From an uncultured Candidatus Brocadia sp. (GTDB taxonomy: Bacteria; Planctomycetota; Brocadiia; Brocadiales; Brocadiaceae), in NCBI GenBank assembly GCA_964490485.1, contig CAZBCT010000003.1:35280-67279 (forward strand): DNA of 32,000 bases, in the 5' to 3' direction. Under the pieces are notes generated by a model. It worked only from the letters and a program-made list of their open reading frames with translations, did no database searches and was not told the DNA's origin. Shown piece after piece: positions 18,974 through 27,141 of the stretch. Both the position numbers and the translations under genes were made by a program. How positions within the stretch are numbered: the stretch's first letter is position 1; every line of letters starts with the position of its first letter.

Positions 18974-19177
18974 TTATCTAAATACCTCTTCTGCAGGTAT
19001 CCCTTGTGTTTTACCTGCTCTGTAATTTTTAAGTCTTGATTCAGCTTCCTGTATCCATTTTTTTGATATCTCCGGATCTGGCTTGTCTAAGCTGGTTACC
19101 AAAGCCTCAATTAATATAATTTTGTCCTGCGGTTTTAATGCCAATGCTTTTTCAATTAATGTGTTATTAACTGACAT
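18974..19177 (-). CDS. Addiction-module antitoxin component (short helical protein)
   Basis: 67 aa; 'IEKALALKPQDKIILIEALVTSLDKPDPEISKKWIQEAESRL' pattern of ParE-partner antitoxins. Confidence 0.8.
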   Translation of the reverse strand: MSVNNTLIEKALALKPQDKIILIEALVTSLDKPDPEISKKWIQEAESRLKNYRAGKTQGIPAEEVFR

Positions 19178-19206
19178 ACTTGTATTCCTTTCTAGTAATT
19201 TTTTAC

Positions 19207-19266
19207 ACCTAACGGTTTAAATCAATGGTGACTTTTTTTACCGTCCGCTGGATTTGATTGTTATAC
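19207..19266 (-). other. attC-like site (cassette 2)
   Basis: Minus strand GTATAACAATCAAATCCAGCGGACGGTAAAAAAAGTCACCATTGATTTAAACCGTTAGGT; stop codon TAA of the upstream gene is in GTATAAC. Confidence 0.7.
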
Positions 19267-19542
19267 GATTTTTTTTAATTTAAGTATTTTGGCTTGTGAT
19301 GATTCCAATATTGAATCGCGGAGAAAAGAACTTGCCTCTAATATTTCTATACCAATTAATTCACCGCTTTCATTCAACTCAGCCGTAATATTTGGGCTTA
19401 ACTCAATGCTATCTGCTTCTTTTTCCTCAGAAATAACTATATGCAGAATATCTTCATCTTTAAAATATGCCATCTTCGTTTTATCCATATATGAACCTTC
19501 CTGTTTTAAGTCGAAAATTAATTTGTTGACGCGTAGTAGCAT
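19261..19542 (-). CDS. DUF2283-like small protein
   Basis: 93-aa ORF, likely start MDKTKMAYFKDEDILHIVISEEKEADSIELSPNITAELNESGELIGIEILEAS. Confidence 0.65.
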   Translation of the reverse strand: MLLRVNKLIFDLKQEGSYMDKTKMAYFKDEDILHIVISEEKEADSIELSPNITAELNESGELIGIEILEASSFLRDSILESSQAKILKLKKIV

Positions 19543-19768
19543 GAATTGAGACAGGGATTATTTCACCTCTAAGTTGCTCATATGGAATTATAACCAGCCT
19601 ATCATCATGTTTACCTACTGCAATAAAACGTTGGGTTGCAGTATCGAAGTATATTTCTCCTGAATACCGTAATATATTTTCAATTTTTGGAAGTTCAAAT
19701 CCTCTTAATTCTGTTCTATACTTCATATAGTCAGTCCATACGATCTTTGACTCTTCAGGGGTTCTCAC
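19481..19768 (-). CDS. DUF4258-like small protein, partner of the DUF2283-like gene
   Basis: 95 aa; 'IENILRYSGEIYFDTATQRFIAVGKHDDRLVIIPYEQ'; overlaps the downstream ORF. Confidence 0.5.
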   Translation of the reverse strand: MRTPEESKIVWTDYMKYRTELRGFELPKIENILRYSGEIYFDTATQRFIAVGKHDDRLVIIPYEQLRGEIIPVSIHATTRQQINFRLKTGRFIYG

Positions 19769-19799
19769 ATCCCCTCCAATATGTTATATTTAATTTACC

Positions 19800-19859
19800 G
19801 TATAACGCCGGCGCTCAGTGGCGCGGCTTTTTCGCGTTCGCTGCAGCGCTCTGTTAGAC
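19800..19859 (-). other. attC-like site (cassette 1)
   Basis: Minus strand GTCTAACAGAGCGCTGCAGCGAACGCGAAAAAGCCGCGCCACTGAGCGCCGGCGTTATAC; GCGCTGCAG versus GCGCTCAG arms show one extrahelical G. Confidence 0.8.
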
Positions 19860-19876
19860 GCTTCTATGTTAGTTCA

Positions 19877-20302
19877 CTAGCTCGGCGGCATCATTATCGG
19901 CTCTCCGGGCACCGTCCCCTGCGAAGGAACACGTTTGTTCTTTCGTGATCTTATTTCTTGACCATTCGAAAGACGCACCCGACCGAGGGTGAATATCTTC
20001 TCTCCAAGATCTGAGGGAAGGCTCTCAGCTTCTACCCATGTTTCCCATGTCTCATCAGGTCTCAATCGCTTCGGTAGGGGACGGTCATGAGTCTGCGCGT
20101 GGATTTGAGAATCCGCTGCAAACCACACATGAGTAATTTCGACTTCCCGGTCACGTGACAAGTTCGTGACATTTAGGAAATAGCACGATCTTCTTGTTTG
20201 AGTGAAATATGCATGGTGCACCATAAGCATCACTCTTCTCCTTCCGGAGACCATCTCCCAAAGGCGTTGGGGAATCCACGTGATCAAGCCAGAGATTTCC
20301 AT
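19877..20302 (-). CDS. Hypothetical cassette-encoded protein
   Basis: 141 aa, 17 nt upstream of the attC-like site; no family recognised. Confidence 0.6.
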   Translation of the reverse strand: MEISGLITWIPQRLWEMVSGRRRVMLMVHHAYFTQTRRSCYFLNVTNLSRDREVEITHVWFAADSQIHAQTHDRPLPKRLRPDETWETWVEAESLPSDLGEKIFTLGRVRLSNGQEIRSRKNKRVPSQGTVPGEPIMMPPS

Positions 20303-20321
20303 AATGCACCTGAATCTATGC

Positions 20322-20328
20322 GTCTAAC
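20322..20328 (-). other. Putative 5' cassette boundary (GTTAGAC core box)
   Basis: GTTAGAC on the minus strand, 19 nt before the first cassette ORF; no convincing partner arm and no integrase found. Confidence 0.4.
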
Positions 20329-20832
20329 AATGTTATTGGCAGGTTTTCCATAAATATACAAATAGTATAGCGTAAATCAAGATATAATTGACATACAAAA
20401 TCTCACTACCATAAGTTCTGACTTGTTATCATTACAAATTGAGTGATATTAAGAAAATAGGCTAAGTATTCATAAATAAATATCCCTGGGAATTTGACGT
20501 TATACCACCCTTTGTCCGCTAACCCGGCGGCTCTCTGCCACACTCCAATACCGGTGGGTTTTCCCATCTTTCGTTCGTGATTTTACACGGTGATACATGC
20601 AAGTATTTTCGCAGTTTCTCCTGCATGCGCCAATAGGGCAGAGCGGCACTACAAGCCGTTTTTAAAATTCATCCCTTTAATACCAAGGGTACCCCGGTCA
20701 TACCTGCAAAAAAAATAACCGTTTTGGGAGGTGAATTACGAAAGTCGGGTTAGGGGAGGGTGATCTTTCCTCTCTCACCCCACCTTAACCTAGGGGGGAG
20801 GAACTCTAACTTGAAATTCCTACATCACGTTA

Positions 20833-20998
20833 AAATCATCGTAACAATTTAGTTTTTTGAAAAAGTAGGGGCGAAGCATTTGCCCGTTTTGGTATGAGTG
20901 CGTTCATGACAATTATAGCAAATGCTTCGCCCCTACCCTGCACGACAAATATCACAATTATTGGAAATTTTCAAAAAACTAAATTGTTACAAATCATC
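20833..20998. repeat. Palindromic MITE-like element, copy 2, with 8-bp flanking direct repeats
   Basis: GTAACAATTTAGTTTTTTGAAAA (20841-20863) perfectly inverted at 20968-20990; inner 19-bp IR 20865-20883 / 20918-20936; AAATCATC at 20833-20840 and 20991-20998. Confidence 0.85.
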
Positions 20999-21001
20999 GC
21001 A

Positions 21002-24000
21002 TCATCGTCGAACCGCTTCGTAATTCGTTCCGTCCATGTCAGTAATCATCATATGGTTACGATCTACAAATTCATACCACATGGTGGTAATTTCGCCCGA
21101 CTCATCGCACATCATGATTTGACCGCTGGAAGTATTCGATCCACCCTGTGTCCTATTCCTTGTCTGCTGAACAGCTACTTTTCCCCGGAGCGTTGAACCT
21201 TCGCTTTGGGATGCGATCGCGAAATTGGCGTTCGACTCGATGGTCAGGGTCTTCTTCCGAGGCAGGAATTTATTGTCAGGAGACATCTCCCAGACGCCAA
21301 CCAACTCCGGAACTACTTTTGCTTGAGATGCAAAATGCTGTAATACCACCTGCTGACGTTTACGGTGCTGCTGATTTTGAAGATCTGCATAAGTGCGTTG
21401 TTCCTGACTCATACCGGCGTACGGTTCCTGTTCCTGCACCTGCTGCTGTCTCTGAGAATGTGCCCGTGCAATGGCCATATTGAGCTGATTGAGATCGTTT
21501 CGGAGGTGTTCAGGAATCGTTCTCCCTATTTCGTAAAGGGCGCGGCTGGCGCCCTCCGTGTCACCTTTAGCTAAAAGGGACTGCGCCAGGTAAAATGATG
21601 CCTCAGAGGCTGGCGCTCCGGCTAATCCGCCAAAGTTCGTGTCGCCCTGCGCATTCCCTACCATAGGAATGCCGGCCATACGCTGCGGACCCAACCGGGC
21701 TGCATCCGAAAACTGCTGTATCGCTTCGTCCTGTTTGCCCATGGATGCAAGGAGCTTGCCGGCATTCAGGTGCGCTTCGGCTATTAACGTGGCTGCATTT
21801 ATCGGGGCAATCATCATGGCGCCTTTCTCGGGTTGCTGATCCGGCAGCATGGCGGTGAACATTTGCCAGGACTCCCAACCCAGGAGCATTCTCGGCTCAT
21901 ACCTGAGAGATGCAAGGTACTGATCAAGCCCCTCCTTCTGCTTTCCCGCCTGTTCCAGGAGATGCGCAAGATGGAAATAAGACTGGATGGCAAGCCCGAA
22001 ATCAAGGGGATCGCGAGTCATAGGCGTTCCACTCTTCACGAAAGGTTCATCGAGGAGAAGACGCGCTTCCTCCAGCACCAGTGCAACCCGGAAAGCGGCG
22101 ATTGCCTCTTTGGTCTTGCCTTCCTCTTCGTAAGTCACCCCAAGATAAGCGGGAATCCTGGCGTCAACCGGATCAAGCTGGTGGGCAGCCGCAAGCCTGC
22201 CCTTTGCTCCCTGCCAGGCGGTTTTGGTAATTTGGTCCCAGGCCAGGCGGAGCATGGGTGCTGCGGTGGTGTGGATCAGCTTACGGGCAATAGCCTGCTG
22301 TTCCTCTGCCTTCTCTTTTTGTCCGGTCTTTGCATAAAAGTCAACCAGGGTATCCTGAGCTTCCAGAGAATCGGGATACCCGTTGACAGCATCCACAAGC
22401 GTTTGCCGGGCAGCGTCATAATCGCCTGACCACACATGGAGGTCGGCCTGGATAAGATATCTGTCTGCCGTACCCCTGGCAGCCTTGACAGCAGCCTCCA
22501 TGGCGGAGCGCGCCTTCTCGCGTAACCCGGTGGCCGCAGCGTCGAGTTGATTAGCCCGCTCCAGATCGACAGGGGAGGGCGGATAACACGTTGTCGTCGT
22601 AACTTCATAGATACCGTCGTATCGCGTTTCCGTGGAGGTAGAGCTTGTGCACTCCGTCTGCCTGAGGCTCGATGCCTCAGCAGAGTACTGATTTGCCCTC
22701 ATGGAACGAAATTTCGCATAGAGACGCAGCGCATCAGGATCATTCCCTGACAACTCCAATGCCTGATCCGCAAGTTGTTCAGCCTCGTCGTAACGCTTGA
22801 GCATACTCAATGCAATGGCCTTCTGAATCATCGCCTTTACGTGTTTCGGATTAAGCGCCAAAGCGCGGTCGAGGATTTCTACCGCCCGAAGCCGTTCTTT
22901 TTCCTTCGACTCCTGCCAGCGGTAGTAGAGCAACCCCCGCCTGGGCTCGACGGATTCCCCCCGATTGTCAGATTCGGCAAGCATATATTCGGCAAGGTTG
23001 ACCAGATTGTCTGGATTCTTGGGACGGGCACGCACGGCATCTTCGAGGATGCGGAGTTTATCCTGATACGTCTCATCATAGCGCAGTCGTTGCACTCCCG
23101 TAGCCTTGTGAACCTTGACGGCAAGGCTCACGAGCTGATCCAAAGGTGCATCAGCCTGCGCCGCCTGCTCCAGGGCAGTCAAAAGGTGATCAGGGGAACC
23201 ATCGACCTGTTGTTTTTTGAGTTCATTCTCAATGGAGGATCGGGTTTTTTTTGTGGCTGAAGCATCCAGTTTAGCGGCAATTTCCAGATCAGCGCGGGTT
23301 CTTCTGGCATCCCCCCATCGTGCAGCCGCCATGGCCCGGCCAAGGTAGGCAGCGGCAAAGTCAGTGCGGCCCGTGAGGGCAATGGTAAATTCACGACGGG
23401 CGGTAGCCGGACGGCCAAGAGACAGCCAGCTATCCGCAGAAATATACAGCATGTCCGGATCAGACGGGTAAGCTGCACGGACGAACTCAATTTCCCGCAG
23501 GGCGGCATCGAATTGCCTCGATTCGTGCAGCTGTTTCGCGCGGGCGAAATGAGCGGGCGCCAGATCCGGACGTTTTAAAAAGCGTTTCGCAAACCAACGC
23601 CCCGCTTTTGCCATGGCCTCGCGAACGGGGCCTGTTTTCGTGTTGCCTCCGCTCTGCCGCGCTTTTCCATAAGAACTTGCCATCTCATAATAGACAAATG
23701 ATGCATAGGCCGTTGGGTAGTCATCCCGCCCCTGAATCATGTGTCCGGGAATTGAAACAAAGCTGTATTCTTGCCCCTGCGGCGAATCCGCAGATACTCC
23801 TTCTCTGCCCTGAAGGCTCCGGGGACCCGAAATACCATGTCCCGGAGTTGCGATGCCGCTCATTGCTTCTGCAACATACGTCCAGAGTTCAGCCTCGCGT
23901 CCCTTTCCGCCAAGACGCTGGAATCGTTCAAAATCTTTCTTTGCCGGTTGAAATTGTTCGGCAAGAGTCTCAGCAACTCCCCGCGCAAGCACATAATTTG

Positions 24001-24202
24001 GATCATCGCCACTGGCATCAAGGGCTCGGGAGAACGCTGCAACGGCTTCAGGAAATTGTCCCTGGGTTAATGCGTCCAGCCCTTCAAGGTAGGCCATAAG
24101 CCCTGGAGTATTCCCGCTCGAAGGTGGAGCAGCCTGGATCTTTAACGGTAATACGCCAAAGCAAATACATACAAGCATGATTTTTACAAAGGTGTGCGGC
24201 AT
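21002..24202 (-). CDS. Large TPR-repeat protein, predicted exported
   Basis: 1066 aa; signal peptide-like 'MPHTFVKIMLVCICFGVLPLKIQAAPP'; many TPR motifs ('HVKAMIQKAIALSMLKRYDEAEQLADQALELSGNDPDALR'). Confidence 0.85.
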   Translation of the reverse strand: MPHTFVKIMLVCICFGVLPLKIQAAPPSSGNTPGLMAYLEGLDALTQGQFPEAVAAFSRALDASGDDPNYVLARGVAETLAEQFQPAKKDFERFQRLGGKGREAELWTYVAEAMSGIATPGHGISGPRSLQGREGVSADSPQGQEYSFVSIPGHMIQGRDDYPTAYASFVYYEMASSYGKARQSGGNTKTGPVREAMAKAGRWFAKRFLKRPDLAPAHFARAKQLHESRQFDAALREIEFVRAAYPSDPDMLYISADSWLSLGRPATARREFTIALTGRTDFAAAYLGRAMAAARWGDARRTRADLEIAAKLDASATKKTRSSIENELKKQQVDGSPDHLLTALEQAAQADAPLDQLVSLAVKVHKATGVQRLRYDETYQDKLRILEDAVRARPKNPDNLVNLAEYMLAESDNRGESVEPRRGLLYYRWQESKEKERLRAVEILDRALALNPKHVKAMIQKAIALSMLKRYDEAEQLADQALELSGNDPDALRLYAKFRSMRANQYSAEASSLRQTECTSSTSTETRYDGIYEVTTTTCYPPSPVDLERANQLDAAATGLREKARSAMEAAVKAARGTADRYLIQADLHVWSGDYDAARQTLVDAVNGYPDSLEAQDTLVDFYAKTGQKEKAEEQQAIARKLIHTTAAPMLRLAWDQITKTAWQGAKGRLAAAHQLDPVDARIPAYLGVTYEEEGKTKEAIAAFRVALVLEEARLLLDEPFVKSGTPMTRDPLDFGLAIQSYFHLAHLLEQAGKQKEGLDQYLASLRYEPRMLLGWESWQMFTAMLPDQQPEKGAMMIAPINAATLIAEAHLNAGKLLASMGKQDEAIQQFSDAARLGPQRMAGIPMVGNAQGDTNFGGLAGAPASEASFYLAQSLLAKGDTEGASRALYEIGRTIPEHLRNDLNQLNMAIARAHSQRQQQVQEQEPYAGMSQEQRTYADLQNQQHRKRQQVVLQHFASQAKVVPELVGVWEMSPDNKFLPRKKTLTIESNANFAIASQSEGSTLRGKVAVQQTRNRTQGGSNTSSGQIMMCDESGEITTMWYEFVDRNHMMITDMDGTNYEAVRR

Positions 24203-24363
24203 GGGTGACCTCCTTAAAAATATGAAATTTCTGTTGCAAAGGCACCGTAAAATAAGCTAATTTGTCAATAATTGAGATACTATTTGCCATAGTATATCGT
24301 TGTCAATTGGCAATTAGCAACGAGAATTTTACCGGCCGCTGGCTGTATACTATTTAACGCACG

Positions 24364-25266
24364 ATGTCACTGAACATCCCGAATCTGGAAAGAAATAAAC
24401 CCTTAGCGCCGTTCACAACATACAAAATCGGTGGATTGTCCGATTTTTTTATCGAAGTCCGTACCATCGACGAACTGATGCATGCATTATGTGAGGCCCG
24501 GCGGAATGCCATGCCCTTTTTTTTGCTTGGTTGCGGGGCTAATATTTTGATTACGGATAAAGGGTTTAGAGGTTTGGTTATTCACAATGTGGCAAATAAA
24601 GTTACTTTCTTCGATAACGAGAAAGTGGTAGCCGAAAGTGGCGCAATTGTTGCGGATCTTGTAGGGCAATGCTGTAGCCGCGGATTATCTGGTTTCGAGC
24701 ACTTTGCCGGCATTCCAAGTACGGTAGGTGGCGCCATGTGGCAGAACTTACACTTCCTTTCTCCCGACAGACAGCGAATGGTTTTCGTAGGGGAAATCGT
24801 TCGTTCAGGCCGTATTTTTACGGAAGAGGGACATATTAGCACCGTCGGGGTTGATTACTTTCAGCTTGGCTATGACATGAGTATTTTGCAGAAGCGAAAA
24901 GATATTGTCCTCGATGTGACCTTTCAGTTGAGTGCAAAGCAGAAAGGCGAAATACGGGCTATTATGGATGCAAATATGGCATGGCGCAATGCCAAACAGC
25001 CTCAATTAGAGGAATATCCCAGTTGTGGTTCGGTATTTAAAAAAATTAAGAATATCGGGGCCGGAAGATTGATAGAACAGGCAGGACTTAAAGGTGCCCG
25101 CATTGGAGAAGCTGAGGTATCAAGAAAACACGCAAATTTCATCGTCAATAGAGGCAATGCAACTGCCCGTGATGTTTTACAATTGATTCAGCATGTGCAA
25201 AATGAGGTAAAACGGAAATTGGGATATGATTTGGAAACGGAGATTACGGTAGTTGGTGAGCTGTAG
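24364..25266 (+). CDS. murB: UDP-N-acetylmuramate dehydrogenase
   Basis: 300 aa; 'NKPLAPFTTYKIGG', 'FFLLGCGANILITDKGFRGLVI', 'GLSGFEHFAGIPSTVGGAMWQN', 'YPSCGSVFKK', 'AGLKGARIGEAEVSRKHANFIVN'. Confidence 0.93.
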   Translation: MSLNIPNLERNKPLAPFTTYKIGGLSDFFIEVRTIDELMHALCEARRNAMPFFLLGCGANILITDKGFRGLVIHNVANKVTFFDNEKVVAESGAIVADLVGQCCSRGLSGFEHFAGIPSTVGGAMWQNLHFLSPDRQRMVFVGEIVRSGRIFTEEGHISTVGVDYFQLGYDMSILQKRKDIVLDVTFQLSAKQKGEIRAIMDANMAWRNAKQPQLEEYPSCGSVFKKIKNIGAGRLIEQAGLKGARIGEAEVSRKHANFIVNRGNATARDVLQLIQHVQNEVKRKLGYDLETEITVVGEL

Positions 25267-25416
25267 ACGGAGTATTGCCATGTTGCGAAGCTGGAAAAGT
25301 TACGAAGAAAGAGGATGAGAAGCTGGAATCTCTCCATCCTCCCATCCTCATATCTTCCCAAACAGACGATTCGTGCGATCTCGTCAGATGTCCAGATAAT
25401 CTGTTCTGGACAGTAA

Positions 25417-25713
25417 CTATTCAGTGTATATTCGCTCATAATTGCTATGAGCGGACAAAATCAGGCAATTTCGCCGTGAAATAGCATCTTTAATGCCTGT
25501 CTCAAATTTACCCCTTGTTTTCGACAAGTTGAGAGGTAGCTGCGGATGCGACAGAAAATCCTGGTTCCGTCCAATGAACGCTAACAGCCCTGCATGTACC
25601 GTTAATCTCTTCCCGTTCATCTCCGTCTCGATTTTTGGTTGTTTTCTTTCCTTGATTTGTGCTATATTCTTCATTGAAAAGGCGAACCTCCTTTTAGGTG
25701 TTTTTATTCTCAA
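25417..25713 (-). pseudogene. Possible transposase N-terminal remnant (IS1380-like)
   Basis: 98-aa fragment 'KIETEMNGKRLTVHAGLLAFIGRNQDFL' followed by unrelated sequence; family call tentative. Confidence 0.3.
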
Positions 25714-25824
25714 AATACCATCAAATCCCTCGGAGATTCGACCATTTCTGGCCTAATCCTACAACAAGGCAGGAGTTAGGTAGAATTCTTTCAACAATAC
25801 TTTTTTGATATAAGATATGAGATA

Positions 25825-26286
25825 TTGTTTATGGATAGAAGAAAAAAGAGGATAATCAAGGAGATTGGTGATAATGCACAACCCTGGTATACAGCGGGTC
25901 TGAGGTTCGAATGCCAGCGATGCGGCAGGTGTTGCCGCGGCGAACCTGGTGTGGTATGGGTTAACAGAAAGGAGATTAAAGAGATATCGTCGTTTCTAGG
26001 CATTACAGAGAACGCATTTGCCAAAAGCTATTTGAGGAGTGTTAACGACCGGTTCAGTCTCCTGGAATACGGGAACGGTGATTGTATTATGTATGATAAT
26101 GGTTGTAAGATTTACGATGTTAGACCCTGCCAGTGCAGGTCCTTTCCGTTCTGGACATCAAATTTAGAAAACAGGTCTGAGTGGGAAAAATTGAAGAAGA
26201 CGTGTCCTGGTGTAGATAAAGGAAAGTTGCGTACCCTCAAGGATATAGAAGACAATGTAAGGATATATGAAAGGCGTTTTGGCTAA
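25825..26286 (+). CDS. YkgJ-family cysteine cluster protein
   Basis: 'CQRCGRCCRGEPGVVWV', 'CIMYDNGCKIYDVRPCQCRSFPFW'; upstream part of ORF may be extra. Confidence 0.85.
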   Translation: MFMDRRKKRIIKEIGDNAQPWYTAGLRFECQRCGRCCRGEPGVVWVNRKEIKEISSFLGITENAFAKSYLRSVNDRFSLLEYGNGDCIMYDNGCKIYDVRPCQCRSFPFWTSNLENRSEWEKLKKTCPGVDKGKLRTLKDIEDNVRIYERRFG

Positions 26287-26289
26287 GGT

Positions 26290-26736
26290 ATGATAACGAA
26301 AGGACCTTTGACACAGAATCTTTATTCGGACTTGAGAACAATCTATCAACATTTGGAAAAAGAGTTAATGTTGCTAAATCCAGGTTGTAATAAGTGTGGG
26401 ACGTGTTGTAATTTTACCGCATTTGATCATGTCCTTTATGCAAGCAATATCGAGGTCGATTTTATTGTGCAAAACGTGAAAGTGCCGGACTTCAACGTTT
26501 CGGACAATGTGTGTCCTTTTCTTAAGGATAATCAGTGCAGTATCAGGGATTTCCGAACGCTTGGATGCCGGGTTTTTTATTGCGACCCTCAGTACAAAGA
26601 AGTTTTGCCTACCCTCTACGAGAAGTGCTATCGATTGATCAAAGATTTGAGCAAAAAATATAACACTCAATGGGAATACCTTCCTTTTCTTGGTCGATTG
26701 GCTGAATCCAAAAAGAAAACAAATATCGGCTGTTGA
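26290..26736 (+). CDS. YkgJ-family cysteine cluster protein
   Basis: 'CNKCGTCCNFTAFDHVLY', 'CPFLKDNQCSIRDFRTLGCRVFYC'. Confidence 0.8.
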   Translation: MITKGPLTQNLYSDLRTIYQHLEKELMLLNPGCNKCGTCCNFTAFDHVLYASNIEVDFIVQNVKVPDFNVSDNVCPFLKDNQCSIRDFRTLGCRVFYCDPQYKEVLPTLYEKCYRLIKDLSKKYNTQWEYLPFLGRLAESKKKTNIGC

Positions 26737-27141
26737 GAATACGACCCTGCCCCAGTTTGTATGTTGAATCCCCGGAGAAAAAGTTTGACTTAAGTTGGAA
26801 AAATATTATACTTAAACTGATTGAGACTCAATTTCAATAATTCTTGTTCCATAAAGTGGAGATTACTGTTTGTATCGCGCAAAGAAGTTTTTCTGTTAGT
26901 TTTTGTACATGAAAAGCTACTATAGTAAACGTATGAAATAAGCTGGCATGTGCTGGTTATTGTGAGCATATTCGCTTTGCTCAGTGTAAACTCCGCGAAG
27001 TAATCCCAATAGAGAGATTGCTTCGGGCAAGCGACCTCCCAGTGGTAACTTCTTTATGCGCTAACTATAAAAGCAAAGTGTGAAACGTTCGGCTGTGTGT
27101 TCACGGCAAAGTCCAAACACCCTTAAAAACGAGTATTTATT

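Noticed and set aside
20329-20510. GTATAAC (rc of GTTATAC at ~20503) as partner box for GTTAGAC at 20322-20328, making a fifth attC or an attI
   Set aside because: Spacing of ~180 bp is long, the arms show little complementarity, and no integrase lies beyond it; kept only as a tentative boundary.
21833-24099. Several plus-strand ORFs within the TPR gene
   Set aside because: GC-rich antisense open frames over a coherent 1066-aa TPR protein.
27070-27125. c-di-GMP or metal riboswitch (GGCAAAGTCC-like core) before feoB
   Set aside because: Only short local similarity; required paired elements could not be assembled by eye.
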